DNA of 63,583 nt, counting the filler, from Ministeria vibrans ATCC 50519 (taxonomy: Eukaryota; Protista; Filasterea), in the NCBI GenBank assembly GCA_943704425.1. It is 7 parts of 7 records of this genome, joined end to end, with 100 filler letters (N's around TTAATTAATTAA, not from the genome) between each part and the next. Parts side by side here need not be neighbours in the genome. Positions count along the whole stretch, not along the records: positions 29,801 to 49,679 come from CALSCP010001345.1; positions 49,780 to 51,823 come from CALSCP010001022.1; positions 51,924 to 53,532 come from CALSCP010002093.1; positions 53,633 to 60,250 come from CALSCP010001799.1; 3 more parts are not named here. One strand, written 5' to 3'. Position numbers and translations under genes: made by a program. This document shows, piece by piece, positions 43,443 to 55,925 of the stretch; the first letter of the stretch is position 1; each line of letters opens with the position of its first letter. Below the pieces are notes generated by a model. That model saw nothing but the letters and a program-made list of their open reading frames with translations. It did no database searches and had not been told where the DNA came from.

Positions 43443-45229
43443 TCTCTCTTTCTCTCTTTCAGATGTATGTGGGTCTGCTAAACGATGGCACTGAGGTGGG
43501 TGTTCGAGTGTTTCAGACGGAGAGTGCGCGAGGCTTGGCCGAGCGTGAACAGCTGATCACAGCACGACTTGCTAGTGCTGCCTATGTGCCGCGCATCTAC
43601 AGTCGCATCGACAGCTGTCTCGACGACACGAGCGACGAGAGTAGTGGCGGTCCGTCGACCGGCACTGATGCGTGGTCGCGTGTGCGTGCCCACACACGCT
43701 CGCAACTCTTTGGCTTTGTCATGAGTCTTCCTGAGCTCTCACTTGAGGAACTGGTCATGCTTTGTGGGTGGACGCGCAACTTTGAGGCACGATCGCGCGA
43801 GCTCACATACGACCTGTTGTGCGCCGTCGACACCCTCCACAGCCACGAAGTGCTCTGTGGCGACCTGCGCCCCACGTCTGTCATGATTGACGCGTACGAC
43901 AGCATTCTCATATGGAACCTGGGGCGTGCGAGTGTGTTTGATCGCGACCGTGCCATCAGTGTGTGTTCGCGCGTGTGTGACGAGGACAAGTACTTTACGA
44001 CGGCCGTCGAAGATGCCGCTCTCGAGGTTTACGAGTCGGCCATCTCGCTCGCCGCCCATGCCGCCCGCATTGCCTCCCGCTTCCACGGTACCCTCCGAGG
44101 CGAAATTTTCTCTCGTCTCTGGACCCTCGAGCGTGACTACCTTTTCAAATTCGACTCCATGGTATGCAGTGAGAGAGAAGATAGGAGAGATGAAGAACAA
44201 AAAACACGAAGCAAAAAAAAAATATATTATATATATATATAATTATATAACTCGTTCCTCCTTCATTGTTTCATTTGTGTGGCTCAGTTGGTGGGCTCGC
44301 TGGTCTTCTATTTGATGACGGGCGGAGTGCATGCGTTTAAGAACGTGACGTGTCTGCCGTCGGATCGGCTGGCTGAGTTTCAGCCGCATCCCGAAGACGC
44401 CAAGGCCATGTACTTTACGATGGCCACGTCGGTGACGTCGGCCGCCGATGGCCACGCAGTCCACGAGGGCCTCACCTTTAATGCATTGGCCGAGGCTGCT
44501 GCTGCGCGGGACGGAAATACCACCTTTGATGCGCGCAATCGATGGACGAGTTCGGCCGAACAGCAACTTGAGGCGTTTCGGCGATGCGATCCGCAATGGC
44601 ACGAGCATGTGGACGTCTCAAGCGAAGCACAAAACTTTGTGTGTTGGATGCTGACGGACAATGCAGAGGTGCGCCCGACCCTCGAGCACGCGCTCACGCA
44701 CCCGCTTACCTGGTGCGATGAGGATCACTTGGATTTTCTCTTGGGCGTGACGCACTATCTGGCGCAGGGTGAGCCCTTTGAAGACCTTGACAACATGTGT
44801 GTGGGCTGGATGTGCTCACCGCCTGTCGAGGAAACCGACTGGAGCAGACTGGTTGCACCCTGTGTGCTTGAGTATGCCCGTCGCGCGGAGTGTGCCCACT
44901 TCCAACGCACGTCTGGTATTCTCATTCTTGCTGCTCTCCTCATCAACTACGACGCACGTCTCGACCCGCAAGGCGACGTTGCTCGTCTTCTTGCGAGCTA
45001 CAGTCCTGCCACCAGACGCAACAGCATCTCCACCACCACCACCACCACCACCACCACCACCACGAGCAGCACGGCAGATCCGTCCTTGCCCGTCGTCATG
45101 AACCTCGCTGCACTCGCCTACTTTCGCCGTGAGTTCCCTTGGCTGCTCGTGCAAGTCTGGTGGTGCGTCAATCGCTCTTCCGAGTGGCACGCCAAACTTG
45201 AGGCGCTCTTTCCCGCAATGGTTGTGTAA
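41859..45229 (+). CDS. IRE1/RNase L-like pseudokinase + KEN-like domain protein, ~946 aa, 3 exons, no TM/luminal or ankyrin domain
   Basis: Exons 41859-43058, 43463-44161, 44288-45229, both introns phase 0; YVGLLNDGTEVGVR, LHSHEVLCGDLRPTSVMI, LVFYLMTGGVHAF, RPTLEHALTHPLTW...LDFL, DWSRLV, YFRREFPWLL. Confidence 0.78.
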
Positions 45230-45307
45230 AGAAGAGAGAGAAATGGAAATAAAATGAAAGATTGTGTATAACTATTGGTTGATGGAATCGTTTGTATGTG
45301 AGAGAGT

Positions 45308-46452
45308 TTACAAAAAAAGACCAGCTTGTCGAAAGGCACGGGCAAAGGACGACATGTTGGACTGCTGGGAGTCAGGCGCGGCAATATCATCGTCGCTGCT
45401 TTCGTTCGGGTCCCGGTACGTCCATAGACGCGCAGTACAGTCCCAGGACGAGCTCATAATCTTGCTCTGGTACGGGTGCCAACTGAGAGAGGGAGAGAAG
45501 GTAAAAAAGTGAAATATATATATATATATGGTGCATGAAAGGAGATGGATGGAGAAGGGGGGGTTTTTTTTTTGTTTCTTGCTTTTTATTTTAATTTATT
45601 TGGGAGGGAAGGGAGGAAGGGAGGTGGAATTACCTGACATCGCGAACGAGTCCCTCGTGCCCTTCCAGTCGCGACGTAACCTCACCCGTGAGCACGTCGT
45701 AAATGTAGATACGGCCGTCCTGACTGCCTGTGACAATGCTACCTTGGCCAGTCGACGCAGATGGCGAGAAGCGGCAGCGGATGAGCGTTTGTAATACACG
45801 GTGTCCGCGGTAGGTCATGAGACTGGTGTCGGAGGGCAGAGGAGCAGCACTGCGCGACTGGGCCAGCTGCTCGTACCGATAGTCAAAGCGCGACGCCCGC
45901 GACGCACCCGCCCGCAACTGCCCGCTTGCCATCTTGCGAAGATCCCACAGCTAAAACGACACGTAATGAATGAACAATGATACCAAAAGTGTAAGTTGAA
46001 AAAATACACAACAGCACAAGAGGATATGGTAAAAATGCACAACGACACACAAGAGGGTATATTAAAAATGCACAACGGCATACAAGGGGGTATGTTAAAA
46101 ATGCACAACGACAGTCTTGCTTTTCCTCCTTTCGTACTTTAATACACTGGTCCTTTCCGTTGGAAATAAGAAACCGTCCGTCCATTTTAGAGTCAATAAA
46201 AGTAATGCCCTGTCGATGGCCCAGAAAGCGACCGACCGGCTCGGGCCGTCGTGCGTTAAGTGTTCTGCGATCCCACACCGCAATGGTAGAGTCATCACTG
46301 CCCGAATAGAACACATGGCCATTCTTGTCTGCATACGCCACCTAGCAATCCACAACATGAGTCGTTACTAACATCAAACTTTTTTCTCTCTCTCTCTCTC
46401 TCTATCACTGTTTCTTTTCTCTCTCTATCACTGTTTCTTTTTCCTTTCTTAA

Positions 46453-46536
<84 letters not shown>

Positions 46537-47976
46537 GCTGGCTCGTTTTATGATATGTACCGCATTGACGTCGTCGTCGTGTGCCCGTGCCCGCACCACA
46601 CGGTCGCGCCGTGCCAAGTCGTACACATACACGTGTGCGTCATTGCTACCCGACAGAATCTCAGTGCTATCCGCATTCCACTTCAGTGAGAAGGGACAAA
46701 AGTGCGTCTGGCGAGACGGACGAAAGTCCAATGCTTCGTGAACTACAATGCAATAAAAAAAGAATAAAAAAGATAAAAACATTAAAACCGAAGCAATAGT
46801 TATAATAAAAATCATTTGCTTGATTGCCTTTGTAGTCGCCAAAAATGTTACACATGTGAACGCAATCGGACCAGCTCGAATAGATAATGTGTGCGGAATC
46901 CGGACTACAAATGGCACATGCACGCATAATACAATGATGTATGTGTGAGTTTTAAGGGTGATTGCGCGAATCAAAAAAGCGTACCTGTACGCAGTGTCGA
47001 TAATGGACCAGCCAACATCGCGCGCATTAATGGCTTTGATCAGCCGGAAGTTGTCGTCCGCAGCGTACAGGCACACCGACTGGTCCTGGCTCGCGCTCAT
47101 GTAGATGGAGCCGTCCTCGTTGTACGAGCCGCAAAAGACCTTGGCCTGGAAGTCGTCGAGCACTTGTGTGTTGGTGTTGGGGACAAAGTGCGACGCCAGA
47201 CGAATGCGAATTGGATTATTAGGACGCGATGACAAGGCGCGCTGCATCAGGCCCAGCTCGCGCATGCGTAATAGCTGCGACACATTGCCATTGGCCCGCA
47301 CCGAATTGGCTCCGCCGTAGGCAAACTGGCAGCTCAGCGAGGTGGTGGCGGCGTCGCTGCTTGTAGGTGATAAGGAGGAGGAGGACGGTGTGGCTGTGGG
47401 TGTCGTGGGTTCGGGTGCTTCGCCCCCGCCACAGCATGTTGCGGTCGATGCAGCTGCTGCCGCTGCCGCTGGGTCTCTTACACTGTCCATTACCTGTCCC
47501 GAGAGTCTTCGTTTGAGCTTGGCGGCGGCTGCAGAGAGCGCCGCGGCGCATTGTCGGATCGGACATTCCTGTTTCGCACCCGAACTTGCGGAGGCGCTGA
47601 CGCCTTTTGAGGGATCCACGGGAGCGCACACGCCGCCGTAGATGCACCCACGATAAATGTGGGGCAGGGTGCAGGTGGACATGCGCACCTGCGCATGGAA
47701 TGACTCCAACTCAATTGCGGCGTTTACGGCTGATGTGCTGCGCAACGAACTCTCGTCGCCCATCTCCTCATCCTCATCCTCCTCGTCCTCGTCGTCGTCC
47801 TCGTCGTCCTCGTCGTCATCCTCCGCCCCATACGCATGCCCGTCGTCGTCCTCGTCGTCGCTGCCGTCGTCGTCCGATCCGACTGGTTCAATCACCGCAA
47901 TTTGCTGCCCGTCTTCGTCCGTGCGCATCACAAGGCGCACATTGGCGCCAAGGATCGCTCGTAGGTATCGTTCCAT
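45308..47976 (-). CDS. DCAF11: DDB1- and CUL4-associated factor 11 (WDR23/LEC14B), multi-exon WD40 protein
   Basis: KVFCGSY...SASQD, ARDVGWSIIDT, AHDDDVNAV, SGSDD...WDRR, GH..GITFIDSKMDGRFLISNGKDQCIKLWDLRKM, MTYRGHRVLQTLIRCRFSP..STGQ, VRDVSWHPY. Confidence 0.95.
45999..46111. repeat. Intronic minisatellite, ~33-bp unit, ~3.5 copies
   Basis: AAAAATGCACAACGACACACAAGAGGGTATATT and variants in tandem. Confidence 0.8.
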
Positions 47977-48239
47977 GTAATGATACTCGCAGCGATAATA
48001 TTATTATTTGATTTGATTTGATATGATTTTGGATTTGGTGGGAACGAAGTGGGAACTCCGAATGAAAAAAATGTGCTTGACGATTAACACCAGTGACTCA
48101 TCACTCCACACTGAGTGTCAAGTGATAAAGTACTTGTTAACTTGTACACGGTGGCAGACGCATTTGTAATAGTCCAATAACAAGTTTAGGTCAACTTATT
48201 GGATAACAGTTTAATTTATTTACTCATTCTTTTATTCTC

Positions 48240-49567
48240 ATGAGCTGCAATCACCCTAGCGAATTTGTGCTCCAGCTTGAAGGAAACGGACCTACACAAG
48301 ATGTGTGTCTTGCGTGCTCGCTTCAGGCGCTGCAGACGGAGCCGTCGTCGCCGTCGTCGAGACGCGTTCTCGACGCGTTTCTGCTCGCACTGGCTTCGAC
48401 CGACGCGCACCACACTAGCCGCCTGGCTTTGCTCTTTCACAGTCGTCCCCAGGTGTGGTCTGTGCTTCTGGACACGCTCATTCGTACGATATACAAAAGT
48501 GCAACAAAGAGAAGAAAGAAAGAAAAAATAGAATAGGAGAAGGAGAGAAACTTTGCGCACTCAGAAACACTTTGTGGGAAAAAAACGTTCACCGAGGCGC
48601 TTTATCGCAGACCAATTGCGCAACCGTGACGTCCCAACCAGTCAAAAGAATGCAGTGACAAACCACGAACATGAAACGTCGACGCTTCTCATCGATTGGC
48701 TTGCCGATCCAAAGTCGCTTCCAACGTGTCTGACGCGCGAAGTGTATTTCGACCGCGTCTCAAATCTCGTTCTCGCAGAGGTACTCACCCATCTGCCCAT
48801 CGCTTACCCTGCTTACTCTTAATGCGTATCTCTTTGTGGTTTGACAGTTTCTGCAAGTGCAGAGCCCCGCAGCGACAGCTCTGCTCGGCAAATTGCTGAA
48901 ACAGCCCGAATCGGCACACATCGCTTTTGACCTCATCCAAGCACATGGCGCACACGTCTTGCCCGCTCTTGCCGACCTTGTTGAAACGCACGCGCAAGAG
49001 TCTGCTCTCTTCACACTCGTCTGCTTCTTTTCTGGACTGGTGTGTCGACCACATATCAAAAACAGAATAATACCTTGATAATAATATTATTGATTTTTTC
49101 TGCTGTTTGTTTGTTGTTGTTGTTGTAGAACAATGCCGTTGTTCCGAGGTCGCTTATCCATGTGTGCTTTAATGTTCTTCAAGGACGTCTTACTGGATCA
49201 TCGACAGGCGTTTCCGCGAACAACGCTCTTGGTAAGACTGTGTGAACGACAAAAACTTACCTCAACGATGATTCAAATAATTATTAGTATTATTTTCATT
49301 GATAATTATTAATATTTTTTACTACTGTCATTAAGCGACAACTCAAAAATAACTATAGTTAATAATAATGAATTATTTATTATTATTATGGTTGATTTTA
49401 TGCAGCACTTTTGAAACTGGCTATCAAATCAGAAAAGGGTCTCGAAAATCTTCTGGCGTCCCGTAAACAAAAAAACGCAGAACTTTTATCACAATAATGA
49501 TTATGTTGTTATATGATAATCATTTTAGCGGATCTGGAGGGAAGTCTATTGTTCTCGCTTCAGCAGG
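48240..49567 (+). CDS. 5' part of a helical (ARM-like) protein, possibly meiotic MEI1/PRD1 homolog; truncated by contig end
   Basis: MSCNH...VCLACSLQAL start; several short Leu-rich exons with GT-AG boundaries. Confidence 0.5.
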
Positions 49568-49584
49568 TAATACGACGCCAATAC

Positions 49585-49679
<95 letters not shown>

Positions 49680-49779
49680 NNNNNNNNNNNNNNNNNNNNN
49701 NNNNNNNNNNNNNNNNNNNNNNNTTAATTAATTAANNNNNNNNNNNNNNNNNNNNNNNNNNNNNNNNNNNNNNNNNNNN

Positions 49780-49908
<129 letters not shown>

Positions 49909-49919
49909 CGTATCATTCA

Positions 49920-51594
49920 TACGTCGATGAGCATGTCCAATGCCAGGAAGTGGCGCAGTTGCTTCTGACGGCGCTTCGTCGCAATGCCTTCGACAAAGCA
50001 AAAGTCCTCGAAAGCCGTCAAAGTGCGTGTGAGGGCCGTCACGGTGATTTTGTCTTCGCTGACGGGACGGCCCGCCTTGCGATTGACAATGTATGTGTTG
50101 AGAGTGTCGAGCGAGCCCTCGACAAAGTTGGCTTCTAGCTGATCGCGCTCGCTCACCGACTGGATGATGAAGGCATCGTCGTACTTGGATCTTGAAGTAG
50201 AAGAGAACCGAGGATTAGGCGGCGAAGAAAAAAAGCGTAAAATTAAAATGAATACTCTTGGGAGAGTGAGAGCTGCTGGAGAAGCGCGTCGTCCCATGGG
50301 AGCTCCGTTAGGAAGGTATGAGTAAGTGAAGCGCTACCCTTGAAAGAAGCTGACGTCGTGCGTTGGCGAGGGTGGACGTGGTGCGTGGCGTGAAGCCAGG
50401 TGCGAGAGAGCTACGTCGAGAAGATCAATATCCCAGCAAGCGCTTTGCTGCTTTGGGGTAAGCTTACGACGTTCTCGATGCGAGCGTACTCCTCAAACTG
50501 AATCTCTCGGGCGCTGTCGAGAACAGGGTGGAGCTGAAAGACCGAGCCGGGCGCATCTCGATCGGCCGTGAGTGTCAGCGAGAATTCCATGGTGCTGTTC
50601 TCGGGAATGATGGAGCTGGAGCGAAAGATACGCTCCTGTGTCTGCGACTCTCGTCCAATCAGCGCCTTGGAGGATGCCTGGTCGTTGTTCTTGACAACCG
50701 TGAGGTATTGCTTGGTGGGGAAATGGCGCAAGCGACAGAGGGAGAGCCAGTGGACCGGCTACAAACAAACAAGGGAGGTAAGATCTAAAGCGGATATCCC
50801 AGACTGAGTTTGTACCTCGCCGCTGAAACGCGCCTGGTCGAGTTCGAGCTGCCTAAAAGCGTTATTTACGTTAAGACCAATACAAGAGAGAGTATACACT
50901 CATGGTGTTATTGTTGGCCATGACACCAAGGAGGGAGAAAAGAATATGAAAATAATTATTAAAAATAATAATAATAATAATTATTATAATTTTAATTTTA
51001 TTATTCTTATTAATTTAATATCAGCTCTATTCTATTAATTATTATTCTATTATAATAATAATAATACTCATTCACAATTTTCACATTCACACACAAGTAA
51101 CAAGATCCAACTCAGGGAATCCACGCGCAACATCGTATTACGTATATCCGTCGTGTAGTTGACGAGGATGACTTTTCAATGATGCATTTGCCTTACCAGT
51201 AGGTGGATGCGCTGGTGGGGGGTCGGGTAGAGCGCGGGTTGGATGCAACCGGTGGACGCACTCGGAGATGGACATCTTCGCACACGCCCAGGTGGCGATT
51301 GCCCTCGGCGGTGACATAAGCCGATGCTTCCTTGTGGAACAGGCGAAGAGCGTCGCCGGCGTAGACGGTCATTTGCTGCTGAGGTGATTTGGACGCGGAG
51401 TGACGGAAGGACAGAAGCGTGAAGGAGCTCTTGTGAACGGAGAGATTCACCTCAAACTGTCCCTCGCCAATCTCTCGTCCGCCACCAGACGTCACTATCA
51501 CATCGGCGGCAGTGTGCAAGAAGGAACTTGTAGACTTGACTGATTCAAAGCAAATTTTGTCGTGGTAGCGCACACTGTCACCCGGAGCGCGCAC
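49920..51594 (-). CDS. ITPR: Inositol 1,4,5-trisphosphate receptor, internal N-terminal fragment (beta-trefoil/MIR to RIH)
   Basis: GDSVRYHDKICF, EVNLS, GDALRLFHKE, VHLR...TSASTYW, W.SLCRLRHFPTKQYL, RRQKQLR; truncated on both sides. Confidence 0.85.
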
Positions 51595-51713
51595 CTATTC
51601 GAAAATGCGTCCATGTACATGGGTGTGAGGGAGGTGTGAGTTCCTCGTAATAAAATAAATAATAATAATAATAAGACGTAATATTAATTTTTATTATAAT
51701 AATTATTTTTATT

Positions 51714-51823
<110 letters not shown>

Positions 51824-51989
51824 NNNNNNNNNNNNNNNNNNNNNNNNNNNNNNNNNNNNNNNNNNNNTTAATTAATTAANNNNNNNNNNNNNNNNNNNNN
51901 NNNNNNNNNNNNNNNNNNNNNNNAAAAAAAAAAAAAAAAAAAAAAAAAAAAGGTGAACCTTCGAAAGTGGGAGTTTGTGGTTCGGAGTG

Positions 51990-52595
51990 ACTCGTACAGC
52001 AGATCGCCGTCAGCGTAGCCGCCGTGGCTCGTCAGCCATGCGTTGAGCGTGCCTGGGGTGTAGTGGTGTCCCCGGCCGGTGATGAACATGGCAACCGAGG
52101 ACATGGCACAGCCCGCCTGGCAAATGGTGTTCGAGGACGTTCCCAGTTTGTGTGAGCCTGCACAACATAACAAACAAACCAAAGTATGTAATAAGTTTTT
52201 TTTTTTTGTCACACACAAAAAAGGGTATTTATTTGCACGGCACTGCAACACGGTTGTCCTTTACTCCGCTGGGAGTGTGTCGAAAGAAGCTGCAGTGCGC
52301 GCAGTTTTGCGTTGATTTCAAGAAATGTGAACTTTGACAGAAATGATAAAGAAAAAAAAACATTTTCATACCCCACTCCGAGTCACACTGCTTGTACAGC
52401 GGGCCAAAGTTGCAGTTTGCCGTGGCGTTGAAGGGCGCAGCGGTGGCGTTGAAGGGACGTGCGTCGCTCAGCGCAACAGCAGAAAGCGCAACGAAAAGAA
52501 CAACCAACTAACACACAAACACACTGATTAGCACTCCAACGCAGATGCTGGACCACTCCGGCGGGGTCGCGGCGTGCAGGCGAGCACCTTACCAT
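51990..52595 (-). CDS. Secreted papain-fold peptidase C39-like protein, 5' part
   Basis: ATG-only exon, signal peptide LVVLFVALSAVALS, PLYKQCDSEWG...TICQAGCAMSSVAM...PGTLNAWL..HGGY. Confidence 0.72.
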
Positions 52596-52844
52596 GTTGC
52601 TTGCTTCAGAAGTTGGAGAAAATTTGACTTTCTAGTTTCTACTTTCTCGAACAGACTGAACAGAGAATGATTTTGCCATAAGAAGTAGACCGTCGTCTGT
52701 CCGAGTGTCTGTAGACGTATCAAGTAGAATGATAGAATGATACATTGATACACACTGTTGACTGTTGAGAAAAGCGGTTTGATCGAGGTGTGATCGAGTT
52801 GATGATCGAGTTGATCGTTGATTAATTTTTACTTTTTTTCGTGT

Positions 52845-53438
52845 ATGAGAGCATCCGTCCGTCTCTCATCGCGTCTTCTCAACTCCATTCGAATCTTGTC
52901 TTACGGTCTAAACCCTTGCCGCATGTCGCAGTCAACGGACGCTGTCCACGCCATGCGCGTCAACTATGTCGCCAATGACCCACTCGACACGGACGCCATG
53001 CCCGCCGACCCCTTTGCCGTCTTCGACCTCTGGCTCAACGCCGCCATTGCGTCCGGGGGCCACGAGCCCAATGCAATGTGTCTGAGCACCGCAACACCGT
53101 ATCAAATGCGTTGGATCGTTCATGTCATCCCAAACCTCCTTCTCTCTCCTCCTAACGCAGTGACGGGTTTCCTTCGTCGCGCATGGTCCTGCTCAAGTCC
53201 TACGACGCCTCTGGGTTCAAGTTCTACACGAGCCACCTGAGCACGAAGGTAGGAGTGCGCAACAAGGCCAAACGCACTGCACTCAACAGCACTCTCTTTG
53301 CTTGCGACAGGCACAAGAGATTGCCGCCAATCCCAAGGCCTCTCTGTGTTTCTGGTGGCCCGACACCCAACGCCAGGTGCGTATTCAGGGACTGGTGGAG
53401 CGTGTCAGCGAAGAAGAGTCTGAGAAGTACTTTCGCAG
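52845..53438 (+). CDS. PNPO: Pyridoxine/pyridoxamine 5'-phosphate oxidase, 5' part
   Basis: DPFAVFDLW, EPNAMCLSTAT, PSSRMVLLK, F.FYT, NPKASLCFWW...RQVRIQG. Confidence 0.93.
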
Positions 53439-53479
53439 GTGAGGACGTGTCAGATAGCGCTCTCTTCTCCCTCTCCCTC

Positions 53480-53532
<53 letters not shown>

Positions 53533-53632
53533 NNNNNNNNNNNNNNNNNNNNNNNNNNNNNNNNNNNNNNNNNNNNTTAATTAATTAANNNNNNNNNNNN
53601 NNNNNNNNNNNNNNNNNNNNNNNNNNNNNNNN

Positions 53633-55925
53633 GTGCCCACTTGGAGATGTGCTCGTACTGTCGTGCTGCGGTGATGGTGTCGCGCATGACGGAAAGATCA
53701 AAGACGATGACATAGAGAGATTCGGAGCCCATGAAGAGTGCAGGGAGAGAGTCGTACATAGATTCGCCTACACCGAGACCAGAAAGTAAGTTCAACATAA
53801 ATTCAAAAAGTTAGTCAATTTTTCTAACCGGCAAAGTCGAAGGTGTCCATGTCAACAAACCCTGTACGCGGCGCGTTGGTCTCAAAAAGACTTCGCACAT
53901 ACTCCATGGCCTCTTTCTTGTTCATGCACGTGGTCGCGTCAGTAGTGGCGTCACTGATGGGGCTGGAGCTGGCGGGCGACAAGGAAGAACTTGAAAGCAC
54001 TAGATCGGAAATAATATTGAAACCGTCCTCCACCGATTGCCGCATTGAAAAAGCTGATGGCCACAGTATAGGTTGATCCATGTCAAACTGTTCTTCCTCT
54101 TCGACATCTGTCTCTTCTTCGTACTCTTCTCTCTCTTCTTCCTCCTCTTCTTCTTCTTCTTCCATCTCTCCGCTCATCGCTCCTGCCAAGCGAGATTCGT
54201 CCAATGGCACCGTCTCAAACTTGCCCTTTCCCTTATCAAACGTCATTCGCAATTTGTGCATGCGAGTCGCCAATGAGCGGTCCTCCTCAGCCGGAAGCTC
54301 TTCGCCTCGCAGTGCGGCCACAAGAGCAGTCTTGCCTGCTCTTGTTGCGCCCAGGAACAGCACTTTGATCGAGCGTGGTATCACCGAGCCGCGAGCCATC
54401 GCAGAAGCAAATGCGTTCAGGAAGGCTGGATTCCTGAGAGACGAGACGGTTCAGAGACAGCTGTTTAATACACACACATTATGGAGCGAGTTGAATTAGT
54501 ACGGAAGATTAAGGTCACTAATGCACCACGTGCACTTAGCACAATCATGGCCGCAGACAGCACTAAAGCTAGCTCCATCCTTAGATACCTCAATCATGCA
54601 AACCGGTCTGCAAGGGGAGAAACTTAGGCTGTTTTATCACTCTTTGATCATTTTGATACCCAGATGTCTTGAGGGTCTTCAGGGGTGTTCCACGCACGCG
54701 ACCCCACTCAAACACAGAGTTACAGTCACTACTGAAAATAGTCTTGCCATCACGAGAGACACACACCCGACGGACATAGCTGAAAAGGATACAATCATGT
54801 CAAATCACATCAGACACACTGAGTTATTTATTACTCTTTATGCCCCGCAAAGGTACGCACACACTTTTCCGTTTGTATATTCCACTCTTTCGCTGTGTTG
54901 TCGTTTGAGCAACTGATCACAAGTGTCTCGTCAGGCGAGAAGACTGCTGATATGACGCCCCTAAACCATATCGAGTGGTCAATTGTCATTTCACACAAAG
55001 AGAATATATTCTCGTTCTCACAATGAATGGCCAGTCAGTGTTTTTGTACACTCTCCATTTTGAGACGACCATAGTTTAACAGTTTTATCTGCTGAAGCAG
55101 TCAGAATGGTCGTTCCATCGAGTGAGAATCGGACAGAGTAAACAGTCCTGAAGGCAAATTTTCAGTACATCATTTGCCTTCTGTTTGACTTACCCTTCGT
55201 GCCCCACAAATGTCATTTGGCACTCTTTCGCCTCAATGTCCCACAATTTTACAGTCTTGTCATCTGAGCAGCTCAGAATTTTCTTTCCATCCGATGAGAA
55301 TTGGACATCCCAGACAGCACTAACACAAGCAGAATTTAGTCACTAAAATGAGCCACACAGAATCGTGTACCCTTTGTGTCCCTCAAATGTAACTTTGCAC
55401 TGTCTTCTGCCAATGTCCCACAGTTTCACGCTGTGGTCCGCTGAACCACTCAGAGCCTTTTTGCCACAAGGAGAGAAAACGCCACAGATTACATGTCTAA
55501 GAACACAAAACGTCAAAGGAGCAAAACTCAGTTGCACAGCTTATACACTCATAATAGTGATGTTACCCTTTGTGACGTCCTTTCAGAGTGTGTAGTACTT
55601 TTTGACTCTCCCACTCCCGCACAAGAAGACCATAATCGCTGACTGTGGTACTCAGCACAAGCCCATCGCGACACGCCAAATCCAAATCCAACGGAACTGG
55701 TGAATGAGCTGGCGTCGAATCTAGGACTGATGATCCTCCCCTGATAATCCACTGTTCGTCGGGAGTCAGGAGGAACCCAGCTACACCCTCGCGCTGTCCC
55801 AGGGGAGACCTAACGGGAGTTTTAAGCTGAAAAGCGCCGTTGCTGTTTTCGCCGAAAACAACAATGGAATCGCTGTCTGGCTCCGTGTACACAATCAGAG
55901 AATCACTGATTCGAGTCAAAGGCAT
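53633..55925 (-). CDS. Roco-type protein: N-terminal WD40 propeller followed by ROC GTPase domain; truncated before expected COR
   Basis: WD40 exons 55496-55371, 55319-55194, 55147-55022, 54960-54835 (126 nt each), 54779-54660, 54607-54503; then AMARGSVIPRSIKVLFLGATRAGKTALVAALRG, DFAGESMY, LYVIVFDLS. Confidence 0.8.

Noticed and set aside
45999-46111. CRISPR-like regular repeat
   Set aside because: Contiguous minisatellite without spacers in a eukaryotic intron.
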